From a virus, in the IMG/VR virus record IMGVR_UViG_3300043419_000459, positions 37,471-101,470 of that record: DNA of 64,000 nucleotides. One strand, 5' to 3'. A program made the position numbers and the translations under genes. Below are positions 18,075 through 28,202 of the stretch, in pieces. The notes under the pieces were generated by a model, which did not search any database, was not told where the DNA came from, and saw nothing but the letters and a program-made list of their open reading frames with translations. The first letter of the stretch is position 1; every line of letters starts with the position of its first letter.

Positions 18075-21000
18075 TTATTCATAAAAAATACCCAATATTT
18101 GATTTAAGGGTGCAAATGAACCGGTTAGTTTATATGTTTTTCCATTATAAAAAAACACCAATCCTTCGGTTGCAACTATTTTATCTATACCACCCAACGT
18201 ATTTAATCTAGATAGTTCTTGTTTTAATTTTTGAATTTTAGATGTGTCTCCACCATTTCTAACTTGTGATGCAACTGAATTTAATTTTTCTTTCATAGAC
18301 CTAATTGCTTTATCAGGATGAATAGTTAATACTGAACTTACAAATTCTAAAACATCTGCACCTACTCCCAAAAATAATTCTTCAAATGGTCTAATATTGT
18401 CTTTTTGTTGCTTTATAACATTTATTTTATCTTGTGTAATTGCCCATTTTTGTAAGTCCGGATTTGAAATAGTATTTAATCTAAATGTTTTATCTCCAAA
18501 TGCCCATCTTCTAATCAATGATTCTTTTGTAAGTTTGTCAACTTTTATTGGACTATTTGATGTAATCCACCAATCCCACCAACTTTGATGATAATCCGCA
18601 ACATTATCGGAATCTTTTAATCCAAATTCACTCTGTAATCTATTTAACTTAGATAGATATTTACCTTGCTTAGAACTTAAATTATCATTTTTAGGTATAC
18701 TTGTAATCGGAGGGCCTTGTATTGTGTATTTGGATTGAATATCTGCATTTACTTGTTTAATCATTCCTGCTAATATATTTTCAGCACCATCCACCTGCCC
18801 CACTGCAACACCGCTTTCGTTATACTGAATACAATTATGAAAAACCAATAAAGCCTGACCATATGGAATTACATTTACTGATGTTGGCCATATTACTTCA
18901 ATATTCATAAAATTTTTACCTTCTCCAAAAATCTTTTCTCTTTGTTTTTGAGATAAAGATGATATTGCTGCTGATAAATCTTTCATTGCGTAGTTGTATG
19001 CATCTGTTAATCCACCTCTTCCGGCAAATTTAGATGCAACACCTTCAATTCCCAATGCATTTGCTCCTGCATTTTGTAAGTGTCCTTTGTTTCTTGCCGC
19101 AATTAATCTACCATTTTTCCAACTTATTGCTAAAGCTTGTCCATCTGTTTTTTCTCTAACTACTCCCAGTTCTCCATTAAGTGCTTTTGTAATTATATTT
19201 TTTAAATCACCAAAAGTCAAATCCATATCATCAAATGGATGAGACATATGTCCGTATGCACCACCTTCTAATAATAAATTTTCATTTAAGTTGGGTTGAA
19301 TATTTAACTCCTTTTCCATTTGGGTTATTTCATCATACCCCATATTACGAAGTGCTCTTGCAACTGCGTTTGGATTTGCTGGCATATTTGCTCTACCAAA
19401 AAGATATACATTTATTCTTTTTCTAAAGGTTGCATTTCTATATAATTTTATGATATTCATAAAATGGACATCTTTATTACCCATTTCATCTATTTTTCTA
19501 AATGTAGTTGCCTGTTTACCATTTATAGTTGGCATCCCATAAGAGTCTTTTCCAATGTCTTTAATCGTAACTTTTTTGTTTTTAAATTTACCCATTAAAA
19601 CTTCATCACCTTTATCAACATCAACACTAACATCTTCATTATAAATTTGTTTGTTGATTCTACCATACTCCCTCATTAAGATTCCCGCAACAGCATGTGC
19701 TTGGTTTTCAATTGGAGAACCATCTGCACCATCTTTCATTGGGTTTCTAACCAATCCCATCTCATCTTGTTTCCTATGAACCATCTCATGTGCAATAGTT
19801 CTTAAAATATCCGCAGTCAATCTATTTTCCGTTGCTACATATATTTCTTTTGTAATTGGGTCAAATCCACCTAATGAAGATTTTACATTACCATATTCTT
19901 TACCAGCTACTAAACTTATCTTTGGATTTTCTTTTAATTTTAATCTTTTGGTTGCAAATTCTACAAAGTGTTGAATTGATTGTTGTTTTGATTCGGAAAT
20001 ATTTTCTTTTATCAAATCCGCTGCATCACTCTTTGGTTTATTCTTTTTATAACTTTCTATTGATTTGAGAAGTTGTTCGTCTGATAATTTATAGGTTTTC
20101 ATCTTTTCGATTACTTTTCCAATAAATTTAGAAGCAAATTTACTATTATTATTTGGCTCATTTCCTTCTTTAAGAATCTCTAATAAACCCAATGTTGCAG
20201 TTGATAAACCTGCACCAACTCCTGCAGCTTGTCCTGCACCCATTCCCATTGCTTCAAGAGATGCATGTTTTGCAATATCTTTAGCAAGATGAACGCCGAA
20301 TCCGGCTGCTCCGTGTGTAAACGCACCGGCTCCACCGGCTGCTGCGGCTGCTCCGACACTAGATGCACCTGCCCCCGCTGCAGCCGCTTTAATTGCTCCA
20401 ACACCTGCACCACCCAATGCCATAGAACCCAATATTAATCCCATATCAATTGCAAAATGGGTCATATCTTTTTTTTGTTTTTTGCTTTCTTTCCAAGAAG
20501 CTTCAAACAATTGTTTTTCTTCATCTGATGCGTATTGTGATACTTTTGGTCTATGTTCTCCCACCTTATTACCAGTTGGTTTACCATGTGAATCTACTTC
20601 ATCGGTTTCAACATATTCGTATTCTGGATTACCACCACGACCAACTTCTGCAAATTCACTCCAATGTCTACGTTTTCCATCTTTATCTTTTACACTACCA
20701 ATTTTACCAGTAGTTGCAATTGATGTCAAACCATCCATAGTTCCTCCAACCATTTCTTTTTTATGTACGAACCAATTTTTTAAACCTTTGCCGAAGTTTT
20801 TAACACCATTAACTACATTGTCAATCATACCCTTTCTTTCGGGTGATTGAGGATTATTATGGGAATCTATGATATCATTATCTTCCGGAGACATTTCTTT
20901 TCTAGCTTTGTCTAATGCCTCTTTAGTTTGTGCAATTTTTTTATCTTCAGGGGACATTTCTGCAGATGATTTTAATTCTGTTCCGCTCAATTTTTGTTCC

Positions 21001-22061
21001 GGTGGTATTTGTTGTGTTTCCTCTCCGGATTTATTTTGTGTAGATTTTCCTTTTGCAGTATCTATTTTACCCTGTGTGGTTGCTCCTTTATTAACTGGTT
21101 GACCAGGTTGAGATGGTTTGGGTTCATTTACAGGTGCATCCGATGGGCCCTTTGCCATCTTTTTTTGTTTTTCTGCTTCCGCTTCTGCGGGTGTCAATGC
21201 TCTTATATCATCACCATCCGATTTATGAGTTGCTGGTTGGTCTTTGCTTTTTGCATAATATCCACCACCCAAATGTACCAACCCCATCTTTTTTGCATTA
21301 GATTCTTCTGCAAAATATTGTTTAGTAAATTCTTGAAATAATTCTTCCGTAACTACTTGATTTAACAATTCTGCAATTGGGTCATATGGGTTTAATTCAT
21401 ATGCACTAACCAATTCCGTTACCGAACCGCTTGGTGCACCATTTATGTATCCTCCAGGTAAATTCAATCCAACTCCTATTCCTCCTGGAAATCCTTCATT
21501 TAATTTGGTTGTTATCATTTTGAAAATATCTTTATCGAATTTTGGATATGCTTTAAGAAAGAACTTTTTAGCTTTTTCTTTATCATTACTTCCCAGTCCA
21601 TTTCTTACATCGGTACCACTAATTGGATTTGCTTCTGCAGGGATTGGATATGTATAACCAATTTCATCATAACCATATCCGGCTTTACCTCTATATGGTT
21701 TGAAATATTTACCTTGTAATCTCGATGCATCCTTTTCACCTACTGCAGCAATATATGCAATAGTTTGGCCATCATATTGTTTTAATATTTCAACAGGTCT
21801 ATATGGATTGTTTACTTTTACAAATTTAGAAGAAGGAACTCCAAACATTTTGGTTGCAATTTCTTTCTTTTCTTTAAATGAAAAAGGAGACTTATCGGAT
21901 GATGTATCGTTTGATGTTGCAATATAAACATTTGCAGAACCAAATTTATCTACTAATCTTTGATATGCATCGTGGTGTCCTCTATGGAATGGTTGAAATC
22001 TACCAGCGTATACAACAACTTCACCTTCTATAATTGGTTTATTTACTTCGTTTAAATTCAT
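18075..22061 (-). CDS. Multidomain protein: cytidylyltransferase-like + Gly/Ala hydrophobic segment + zincin (HExxH) + ligase-like nucleotidyltransferase domain
   Basis: GRFQPFHRGH and ISGTDVR; TIAHEMVH...E; EGGAYGHMSHPFD...EKTDG...EG.VF...YKLTG. Confidence 0.75.
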   Translation of the reverse strand: MNLNEVNKPIIEGEVVVYAGRFQPFHRGHHDAYQRLVDKFGSANVYIATSNDTSSDKSPFSFKEKKEIATKMFGVPSSKFVKVNNPYRPVEILKQYDGQTIAYIAAVGEKDASRLQGKYFKPYRGKAGYGYDEIGYTYPIPAEANPISGTDVRNGLGSNDKEKAKKFFLKAYPKFDKDIFKMITTKLNEGFPGGIGVGLNLPGGYINGAPSGSVTELVSAYELNPYDPIAELLNQVVTEELFQEFTKQYFAEESNAKKMGLVHLGGGYYAKSKDQPATHKSDGDDIRALTPAEAEAEKQKKMAKGPSDAPVNEPKPSQPGQPVNKGATTQGKIDTAKGKSTQNKSGEETQQIPPEQKLSGTELKSSAEMSPEDKKIAQTKEALDKARKEMSPEDNDIIDSHNNPQSPERKGMIDNVVNGVKNFGKGLKNWFVHKKEMVGGTMDGLTSIATTGKIGSVKDKDGKRRHWSEFAEVGRGGNPEYEYVETDEVDSHGKPTGNKVGEHRPKVSQYASDEEKQLFEASWKESKKQKKDMTHFAIDMGLILGSMALGGAGVGAIKAAAAGAGASSVGAAAAAGGAGAFTHGAAGFGVHLAKDIAKHASLEAMGMGAGQAAGVGAGLSTATLGLLEILKEGNEPNNNSKFASKFIGKVIEKMKTYKLSDEQLLKSIESYKKNKPKSDAADLIKENISESKQQSIQHFVEFATKRLKLKENPKISLVAGKEYGNVKSSLGGFDPITKEIYVATENRLTADILRTIAHEMVHRKQDEMGLVRNPMKDGADGSPIENQAHAVAGILMREYGRINKQIYNEDVSVDVDKGDEVLMGKFKNKKVTIKDIGKDSYGMPTINGKQATTFRKIDEMGNKDVHFMNIIKLYRNATFRKRINVYLFGRANMPANPNAVARALRNMGYDEITQMEKELNIQPNLNENLLLEGGAYGHMSHPFDDMDLTFGDLKNIITKALNGELGVVREKTDGQALAISWKNGRLIAARNKGHLQNAGANALGIEGVASKFAGRGGLTDAYNYAMKDLSAAISSLSQKQREKIFGEGKNFMNIEVIWPTSVNVIPYGQALLVFHNCIQYNESGVAVGQVDGAENILAGMIKQVNADIQSKYTIQGPPITSIPKNDNLSSKQGKYLSKLNRLQSEFGLKDSDNVADYHQSWWDWWITSNSPIKVDKLTKESLIRRWAFGDKTFRLNTISNPDLQKWAITQDKINVIKQQKDNIRPFEELFLGVGADVLEFVSSVLTIHPDKAIRSMKEKLNSVASQVRNGGDTSKIQKLKQELSRLNTLGGIDKIVATEGLVFFYNGKTYKLTGSFAPLNQILGIFYE

Positions 22062-22064
22062 ATG

Positions 22065-22073
22065 TATAAATAT
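22065..22073 (-). promoter_or_regulatory. Putative late promoter ATATTTATA
   Basis: Recurrent motif just upstream of the polyprotein gene. Confidence 0.5.
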
Positions 22074-22074
22074 C

Positions 22075-23496
22075 TTAAATTAAACTCTTTTTACTATCTG
22101 AGAGGAAATTTAGGATTATTGTCATTTCTTTATTCGTAAAATCATTATTCCAACTATTTACGGCGTATTCTAAAAACAAATTTTGATTATATATACATAT
22201 ATCTTTAACATCATTTAAAAATTGGTCTTTTTCTTCTTTAGATTTTTTTGAAAATTTTTCAATTTCAATTTTAATCATTTCTAATCGTTTCATATCATCC
22301 AATTCCATATCATAACTTTCGTCAATATATGGATGAAAGGTTTTATATCCAAATCTTTCTCTAATATGTTTTAATGATTTTGAAGGGCCTGCCAATATAA
22401 ATGGTTGACAATGTCCAACTGGTTTCCATATTTTTTCTGACAAATATCCGCTTGGAAAATTTACATCTTCTTGAAAGAAAACGGATTCGGTAACTATACT
22501 GACATATGTGTTTAAATATATGTCTTTATTTTCAAATCCAAATCCTGCAATTTTTGTTAAATCTTCTATGTCTAATAATGAAGAAGTTTCTGTAATTAAT
22601 TTCAAAAACTCCTCATCATTATCATACATTAAAAATTCATTTTTATTTAATTGATATGAAAATTTATTGTCCCATGAAACTAAACTATTTTCAAATCCTA
22701 ATTTCTTTAATTGACTTAATAAAAGTAATCTATGTAATTTCCAATGTCTATTTAGTAATAAAAAATCTTTTCTTTCGTTTCCAATACTTTGTAGAAATTC
22801 TTCGGATGTTACTATCGATGTTGGTTTTTGCTTCACTATACCAAATTGTGGTTCATATGAATCTTCACCCCAATATGAAAAATTTGGATTATTTATTGTA
22901 TTATAAAATTCTTGAGCTTTACCAATCATATTATAACTATAATCAATTACTTTATAATTTGCTCCTAATTTTTCTAAATTTTCTTTTAACTTAAAATCTG
23001 CAAATACAAAATAAACTTTTTCGTCATCTATATTATTTTCTCTTGTAAATTTTATTAGTTTTTCAAAATTTTCAACTCTAAATGCAGTACCACCATCTAT
23101 AACATAATTAATAAGTAATTTTCCATTTCCACTAACTATCTCATCTAATGCAACTTTTGAAATATTTTCTAAAGAAAATTCATTATAAAAATTATCATTT
23201 CCAAAAAAATTTTCTAAACTTGCAAATGGTTCTATCGGATAAAACCATTCATAATTTATATTATTCTTTCTATCTTCCTTTATTTCATAAATTGATTTTT
23301 TATGAACAAAGTTATTATACATATTACTATTATATAATACCCAACTATTATTCCATCTTTTTGCAAAATATTCCAATGAATCGGAAAAAAAGAAATCAGA
23401 AGCTTGATGTATTGTACTTAAAAATTTTGGATTCATGCAATTGGGTTGTTCACCATTATATGTCATTACATCATATCCAAATATTACTTTTCTCAT
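22075..23496 (-). CDS. Putative GT-B glycosyltransferase (GT10-like C-terminal motif), paralogue 1
   Basis: FL.LNR..K.HR; IVTES.F...YLSEKIWKP...PFILAG...GYKTF.PYIDESYD. Confidence 0.55.
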   Translation of the reverse strand: MRKVIFGYDVMTYNGEQPNCMNPKFLSTIHQASDFFFSDSLEYFAKRWNNSWVLYNSNMYNNFVHKKSIYEIKEDRKNNINYEWFYPIEPFASLENFFGNDNFYNEFSLENISKVALDEIVSGNGKLLINYVIDGGTAFRVENFEKLIKFTRENNIDDEKVYFVFADFKLKENLEKLGANYKVIDYSYNMIGKAQEFYNTINNPNFSYWGEDSYEPQFGIVKQKPTSIVTSEEFLQSIGNERKDFLLLNRHWKLHRLLLLSQLKKLGFENSLVSWDNKFSYQLNKNEFLMYDNDEEFLKLITETSSLLDIEDLTKIAGFGFENKDIYLNTYVSIVTESVFFQEDVNFPSGYLSEKIWKPVGHCQPFILAGPSKSLKHIRERFGYKTFHPYIDESYDMELDDMKRLEMIKIEIEKFSKKSKEEKDQFLNDVKDICIYNQNLFLEYAVNSWNNDFTNKEMTIILNFLSDSKKSLI

Positions 23497-23622
23497 TTAA
23501 AAATTTTTATATATAAACGGGTCTCTTTTTTTAAGTTCTTCTAACTTTTTTTTGAGTTTTTTTTTCATTCTATAATTTTCGTACCATTTTACAAAAATAG
23601 AAATGATTGGTAATTTTTTCAT
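23497..23622 (-). CDS. 41-aa basic peptide
   Basis: Not in ORF track. MKKLPIISIFVKWYENYRMKKKLKKKLEELKKRDPFIYKNF*; fills the intergenic gap, with its stop abutting the next ATG. Confidence 0.6.
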   Translation of the reverse strand: MKKLPIISIFVKWYENYRMKKKLKKKLEELKKRDPFIYKNF

Positions 23623-23627
23623 AATAA

Positions 23628-24170
23628 TTAATTTTTATAATACAATTCAGGCCATTCAACTATAATATGAACACCACCTTCATTATATGCATTGGTGTAT
23701 ACATCATAAATATCTTCTGATTTTTTTAATTCCCACACTTTTGTAAATTGTAATATAGATTTGAATTCTTTAGTATAGTCGTTTCTATGTTGAATTCCTG
23801 GGTCTAATGGGTCTCTACTACCAACACCAACTCTTATAATCACATTGACTTTTTTATCAGTCATATGTTCAAATTTATCCAAATGATTAATTAATTGATT
23901 TGCAGCTGAGACTAAAAAGTCCCATCTTGGGTAAAATGAAATTACACTCTTACCCATCATTGCCAATCCCAAACTCATTCCCATTTGTGTTTCTTCCATA
24001 ACAGGAACTTCAATCATTTTTTCCTTTGGTACATTTGTTAAAGTTGTACTCATTGGATTTCCCGCATAAACTATTTGTTGGCCAATAAAGATTGTATCTT
24101 CTTTTTCAGCAAGAAATGTCATTGCTTTAGTTAGTTCATCTTTATATGGTGACATTTGTGGTGTACTCAT
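23628..24170 (-). CDS. TPP-dependent enzyme beta subunit (E1-beta/transketolase pyrimidine-binding domain), short form
   Basis: E.PV.E....G...GLA, DFL..A.NQL.N, G.QH motifs. Confidence 0.8.
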   Translation of the reverse strand: MSTPQMSPYKDELTKAMTFLAEKEDTIFIGQQIVYAGNPMSTTLTNVPKEKMIEVPVMEETQMGMSLGLAMMGKSVISFYPRWDFLVSAANQLINHLDKFEHMTDKKVNVIIRVGVGSRDPLDPGIQHRNDYTKEFKSILQFTKVWELKKSEDIYDVYTNAYNEGGVHIIVEWPELYYKN

Positions 24171-25162
24171 TATGGTCTTGAATTTGGATTATATAAATGT
24201 TTATTTGCTTTATACCACTCAATTGTTTCTTTAAGAGCTTCTTTTAAATTTCTCTTTGGTTTCCATCCTAAATCATTAATCTTTTTAGAAGATAATAATC
24301 TAATAGGAATCATTGGTGCTTTATTATTCACATATTCGATTGGATTTGTATTGTTATCCAATTCTTTAATCGTTGCAAGTGTTTCGTTTACTGTAAACCC
24401 TTCACCATAACACACATTAAAGATGTCATATGTATCATTATTTTCTGCTACAAATATAAACCCATCAGCCATATCTTCAACGTGTAGTAAATCTCTTACT
24501 TCCGTACCATCACCCCAAACTGGGATTGGATTTAAACCATCTGCTACTTTACGAATATTTGCAGGGGTAACATGACATTTTTCAAAATCAAATTTATCAT
24601 TAGGGCCGAATGCGTTTGAAGGTCTAACAATTAAACACTGCATTGGATTGTGAATTTGATTAGAGAAAAAATCACATAACATTTCACCATATCTCTTCAT
24701 GCCACCAACTGCTTTATAAACTGGTAACATTGGGGTAGCATGAACATTAATATCTTCGGTACAAAACTCACTTCCCATATCAGGATAAGTTGTATTAGAT
24801 GATATGAATAAAAACTTTCTAACTTTGTTTTTCCAACTTTGTTCCATTAAGTTTACATTCATTTCCACATTTGGAGTAACGTGTAATAGTGGATTAAATT
24901 TGGTATCCAATGCATTTGATGTATTAGCTGCACAATGAAATACAACGTCTACATCTTTACTAATTAATTCACAAAACTCTGCGGTTTGTAAATCACCTTT
25001 AATATGTTCTACTTCCGATGTTCCTTCAAAATCGTTTCTTAAATCTCTACTAAATGATGTTGAACGTAAATTTCTATATCCTTTTTCGTATAGTAATCTT
25101 AATAAATGTGAACCGATAAATCCACTTGCACCTGTAACTAAAATTTTGTCTGTTTTTTTCAT
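24170..25162 (-). CDS. NAD(P)-dependent nucleotide-sugar epimerase/reductase (GDP-fucose synthase-like SDR)
   Basis: TGASGFIG, RPSNAFGP.D.F, VWGDG...RD..H..D; start taken as MKKTDK (25162) to avoid overlap. Confidence 0.85.
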   Translation of the reverse strand: MKKTDKILVTGASGFIGSHLLRLLYEKGYRNLRSTSFSRDLRNDFEGTSEVEHIKGDLQTAEFCELISKDVDVVFHCAANTSNALDTKFNPLLHVTPNVEMNVNLMEQSWKNKVRKFLFISSNTTYPDMGSEFCTEDINVHATPMLPVYKAVGGMKRYGEMLCDFFSNQIHNPMQCLIVRPSNAFGPNDKFDFEKCHVTPANIRKVADGLNPIPVWGDGTEVRDLLHVEDMADGFIFVAENNDTYDIFNVCYGEGFTVNETLATIKELDNNTNPIEYVNNKAPMIPIRLLSSKKINDLGWKPKRNLKEALKETIEWYKANKHLYNPNSRP

Positions 25163-25167
25163 ATAAT

Positions 25168-26205
25168 TTATTTTAAAATATCCCAATTAAATACCACATC
25201 TTCAACAAATTTTTTGGTTAATATGGATGATGTGTGACCATACCAACTTCTTTCTAAATATTTCTTTTGTTCATCTAAATTCATACCATTCATTTCTCTC
25301 CATAATACTTTTGGTAAATCACCTTGCATATTATAGTCAAAATTTCTAATACTCCATTCAATTAAACCACCAAACAAATGTAATGAATTTTCTTCAAAAT
25401 ACCAAAAATATTTTTTAAAATCAATTTGGTCTGCATATGATTTAACATACGAATTATCAAATTCTAATTCTTTTTGTTCCCACGTATCACAAATATCTTT
25501 ATTTTCTATAATACATTCGTATATTGATTTTTCTTTTGAGGTATGATAATATGGTGGTGTTTTTCCTTCACTCAAATATTTTTTACTAAAATTATTACTC
25601 ATATTGAAGAACTTAATTTTAGTTATACCATTTACTTCTAAAAAATTTAAAAGCATTGTAATATATTCAAACCATTCAAAGTATCTCTCTGTATAAGTCA
25701 TTACACCATCTAACCATTGAAATACTACTGGGTCTACATTGATTGGATTGTTTGTTGGATTATATCCACCGGTTAGGTGAAAGTATCCATGTTCATATGG
25801 TGAAGTCTTATCTTTACCCGTAATTAAATAATCGGTAGTGTGAGCCCAGCTTTCGTTGTTTCTTTCGTATCTAATTTTTGGATTTATTGGATGATATTTT
25901 TCAGGTGTAATAAAAAAAGAATTTCTTATTAATGTTGTAAATTGTGCAATAACAATTATATCATCCGGAGATACACCACTTTTCAATAAATCATTTACTT
26001 TATATATTATAGAACGAACAATACTTTTATTATCATGTGTTATTGCACCATAATTATGCAAAGTATGAGTATCTTTTAGATATTCTTGTAACCAATTTGC
26101 CCAAGTCCAATCTTCAACTGGGTCGTTTTCCCATCTTCTTTCATCACCAACATTAATTCTAAAATTATTGGTGAATGAACATCCAGATACTACTATGTGT
26201 TTCAT
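25168..26205 (-). CDS. SGNH-hydrolase-like protein, paralogue 1
   Basis: N-terminal GCSFT, W..W, QFT...R, C-terminal GH. Confidence 0.5.
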   Translation of the reverse strand: MKHIVVSGCSFTNNFRINVGDERRWENDPVEDWTWANWLQEYLKDTHTLHNYGAITHDNKSIVRSIIYKVNDLLKSGVSPDDIIVIAQFTTLIRNSFFITPEKYHPINPKIRYERNNESWAHTTDYLITGKDKTSPYEHGYFHLTGGYNPTNNPINVDPVVFQWLDGVMTYTERYFEWFEYITMLLNFLEVNGITKIKFFNMSNNFSKKYLSEGKTPPYYHTSKEKSIYECIIENKDICDTWEQKELEFDNSYVKSYADQIDFKKYFWYFEENSLHLFGGLIEWSIRNFDYNMQGDLPKVLWREMNGMNLDEQKKYLERSWYGHTSSILTKKFVEDVVFNWDILK

Positions 26206-27201
26206 TTAAATTAATTTTTTTAATTTTTTTATTGATTTTAATTTTTCTTCTTCTATTTGCATCTGAATTTTTATTTCTTCCTTCAATGCTTCCAATCTTT
26301 TTGTATCTTCTTCAATTTGCTTTTGTAGTTCTTTTTCTTTCTCTTTTCTGATTTTTTGTATCTTACTTTCTATGTCTGTTCTATTTTCTTCTATAATTTT
26401 ATTATTAGTATATTCAATATCCTTTTCAATTTCCATTTTTAATTTATGCAAATTGTTTCTATAATTTTTTAATTGTATTTCAAATACACTATTATATTTT
26501 AATTCTTTTATTTTTTCATATAAAAAATCAGACCACAATGTATGGCCTCTTTTATTTGGATGGTCATTTCCTTTTGTTTTGGTATACCCACCAAATGATT
26601 CTTTTAAAAAATTTTCTCTATCATTATGAATAGATTCGACTACACATTTATCCCATCCAAAAAAATGTATATGCTTATATCCAAAATACTCCAAATAAGT
26701 GTATAATGCATTTATATAATTTTTAGTAGTATTTTTTTGATATGTTTCATTTAAAAAATGTAAAATATAATTTTCTAGTAAAGGTTGATTGTTGGATTTC
26801 AATTCTTCTTTTTCAATTAAACGCGATTCCGATAATTCACCATCAACATACATATTTTGAACACTTTTACCATTAAATCTTTCAATTATCACTTTATCAT
26901 CGTATGCATGAAATGAATTTGGAACTACATGATACCATTGATATTTATCATGTGATATTGGTAATTCTTTTCTTAAATAATGAGTCCATTGTATTATCAA
27001 TATATCATTTTTTGTTAATGTATTGGAATTTATTAATTCAAAAACTTTTCTGAATATGTAATCATTGGACATACCACATGCACCGAAATTAAAATACTCT
27101 AATTCTAATTTTTCAGCAAGAAGGTGTGGATAACATTCAAATGATTGTCTTTTTAATCCCTGTCCTTCTGTAAATGAACATCCAATAGTAAATAGTTTCA
27201 T
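26206..27201 (-). CDS. SGNH-hydrolase-like protein with C-terminal coiled coil, paralogue 2
   Basis: GCSFTEG, G.SND.I, QWT...R, DHPN..GH. Confidence 0.6.
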   Translation of the reverse strand: MKLFTIGCSFTEGQGLKRQSFECYPHLLAEKLELEYFNFGACGMSNDYIFRKVFELINSNTLTKNDILIIQWTHYLRKELPISHDKYQWYHVVPNSFHAYDDKVIIERFNGKSVQNMYVDGELSESRLIEKEELKSNNQPLLENYILHFLNETYQKNTTKNYINALYTYLEYFGYKHIHFFGWDKCVVESIHNDRENFLKESFGGYTKTKGNDHPNKRGHTLWSDFLYEKIKELKYNSVFEIQLKNYRNNLHKLKMEIEKDIEYTNNKIIEENRTDIESKIQKIRKEKEKELQKQIEEDTKRLEALKEEIKIQMQIEEEKLKSIKKLKKLI

Positions 27202-28202
27202 TACAATCTACTTTTATATTCCAATATTGATTTTTTAATTCCTTCTTTCAAACTGGTTTGTGGTAAAATATCATATTGTTTTTGTTTTTTAGAACCTAAA
27301 CATCTGATTGGGTCTCCGTTTGTTTTTGTTTCATCCCAAACAATATTTTTAGTTTTACCTGTTATTTCCGTATAACATTCTACAATGGTTTCAATTGTTT
27401 CTTTAATTGTTACTGCTTCTGCACATCCAAAGTTAATAATATCACTAACTTCTTTTTTAACCACATCAATGGATGCCTGTGCAACATCGTCTCCAAATAC
27501 AAAATCTCTACGAGAAGAACCATTACCCCAACATACCATATCATCACCTTCTACATTGAATAATTTCCAAATATTAGAAGATATTACAGTCGCATCTTGT
27601 GCAAAATTATCATTGATACCATAAATGTTTGAAGGTCTTATAACCGTCCAATTCTTCCAACCATATTGAACTCTTAATGCGTCTAATGTTAACTCACCCA
27701 TTCTTTTTGTCCAACCTGGATGCCAATCTAAACGAGATGGAGTTGATGCCCAAGTTTCTTCTTGTGACCAAATATCTTCTTCATTCATTATTTCCGAAGG
27801 TTTGTAAACACCAACCGATGAAAGATATACAAACCAATCTACTTTTGCATCAAAAGATGCCTTAATCATATTGGTATTAAACATCAACATAGGAAATAAG
27901 TAATCGGCGGGTTGTGTTGATGAACGGGCCGGTGAACCTTTCACACCCGCAATATGTAAAACTATATCTATTTTTTCTTCTTTAAATAAATTTTCACAAT
28001 GAGAAAGATATGTTAAATCCGTTTTAACCAATACCAATCTATCTCCACCATACATTGATTGTAAAAATTTTAAATTGTCTCCAATATTTAAATCAACCGC
28101 ATAAACCATATATGCACCCTCATCTAAACATTTTTTAACTGCCGGTAGTCCAACTAATCCGTTTGCTCCGGTTACAATAACTTTTTTTCCTGTAAATTCC
28201 AT
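27201..28202 (-). CDS. NAD(P)-dependent nucleotide-sugar epimerase/reductase (GDP-fucose synthase-like SDR)
   Basis: TGANGLVG, RPSNIYG..DNF, WGNG...RDFVF. Confidence 0.85.
   Translation of the reverse strand: MEFTGKKVIVTGANGLVGLPAVKKCLDEGAYMVYAVDLNIGDNLKFLQSMYGGDRLVLVKTDLTYLSHCENLFKEEKIDIVLHIAGVKGSPARSSTQPADYLFPMLMFNTNMIKASFDAKVDWFVYLSSVGVYKPSEIMNEEDIWSQEETWASTPSRLDWHPGWTKRMGELTLDALRVQYGWKNWTVIRPSNIYGINDNFAQDATVISSNIWKLFNVEGDDMVCWGNGSSRRDFVFGDDVAQASIDVVKKEVSDIINFGCAEAVTIKETIETIVECYTEITGKTKNIVWDETKTNGDPIRCLGSKKQKQYDILPQTSLKEGIKKSILEYKSRL

Noticed and set aside
20180-20450. GC-richer patch with alternative-frame ORFs (20180-20413, 20229-20438)
   Set aside because: Caused by Gly/Ala codons of the polyprotein's hydrophobic segment
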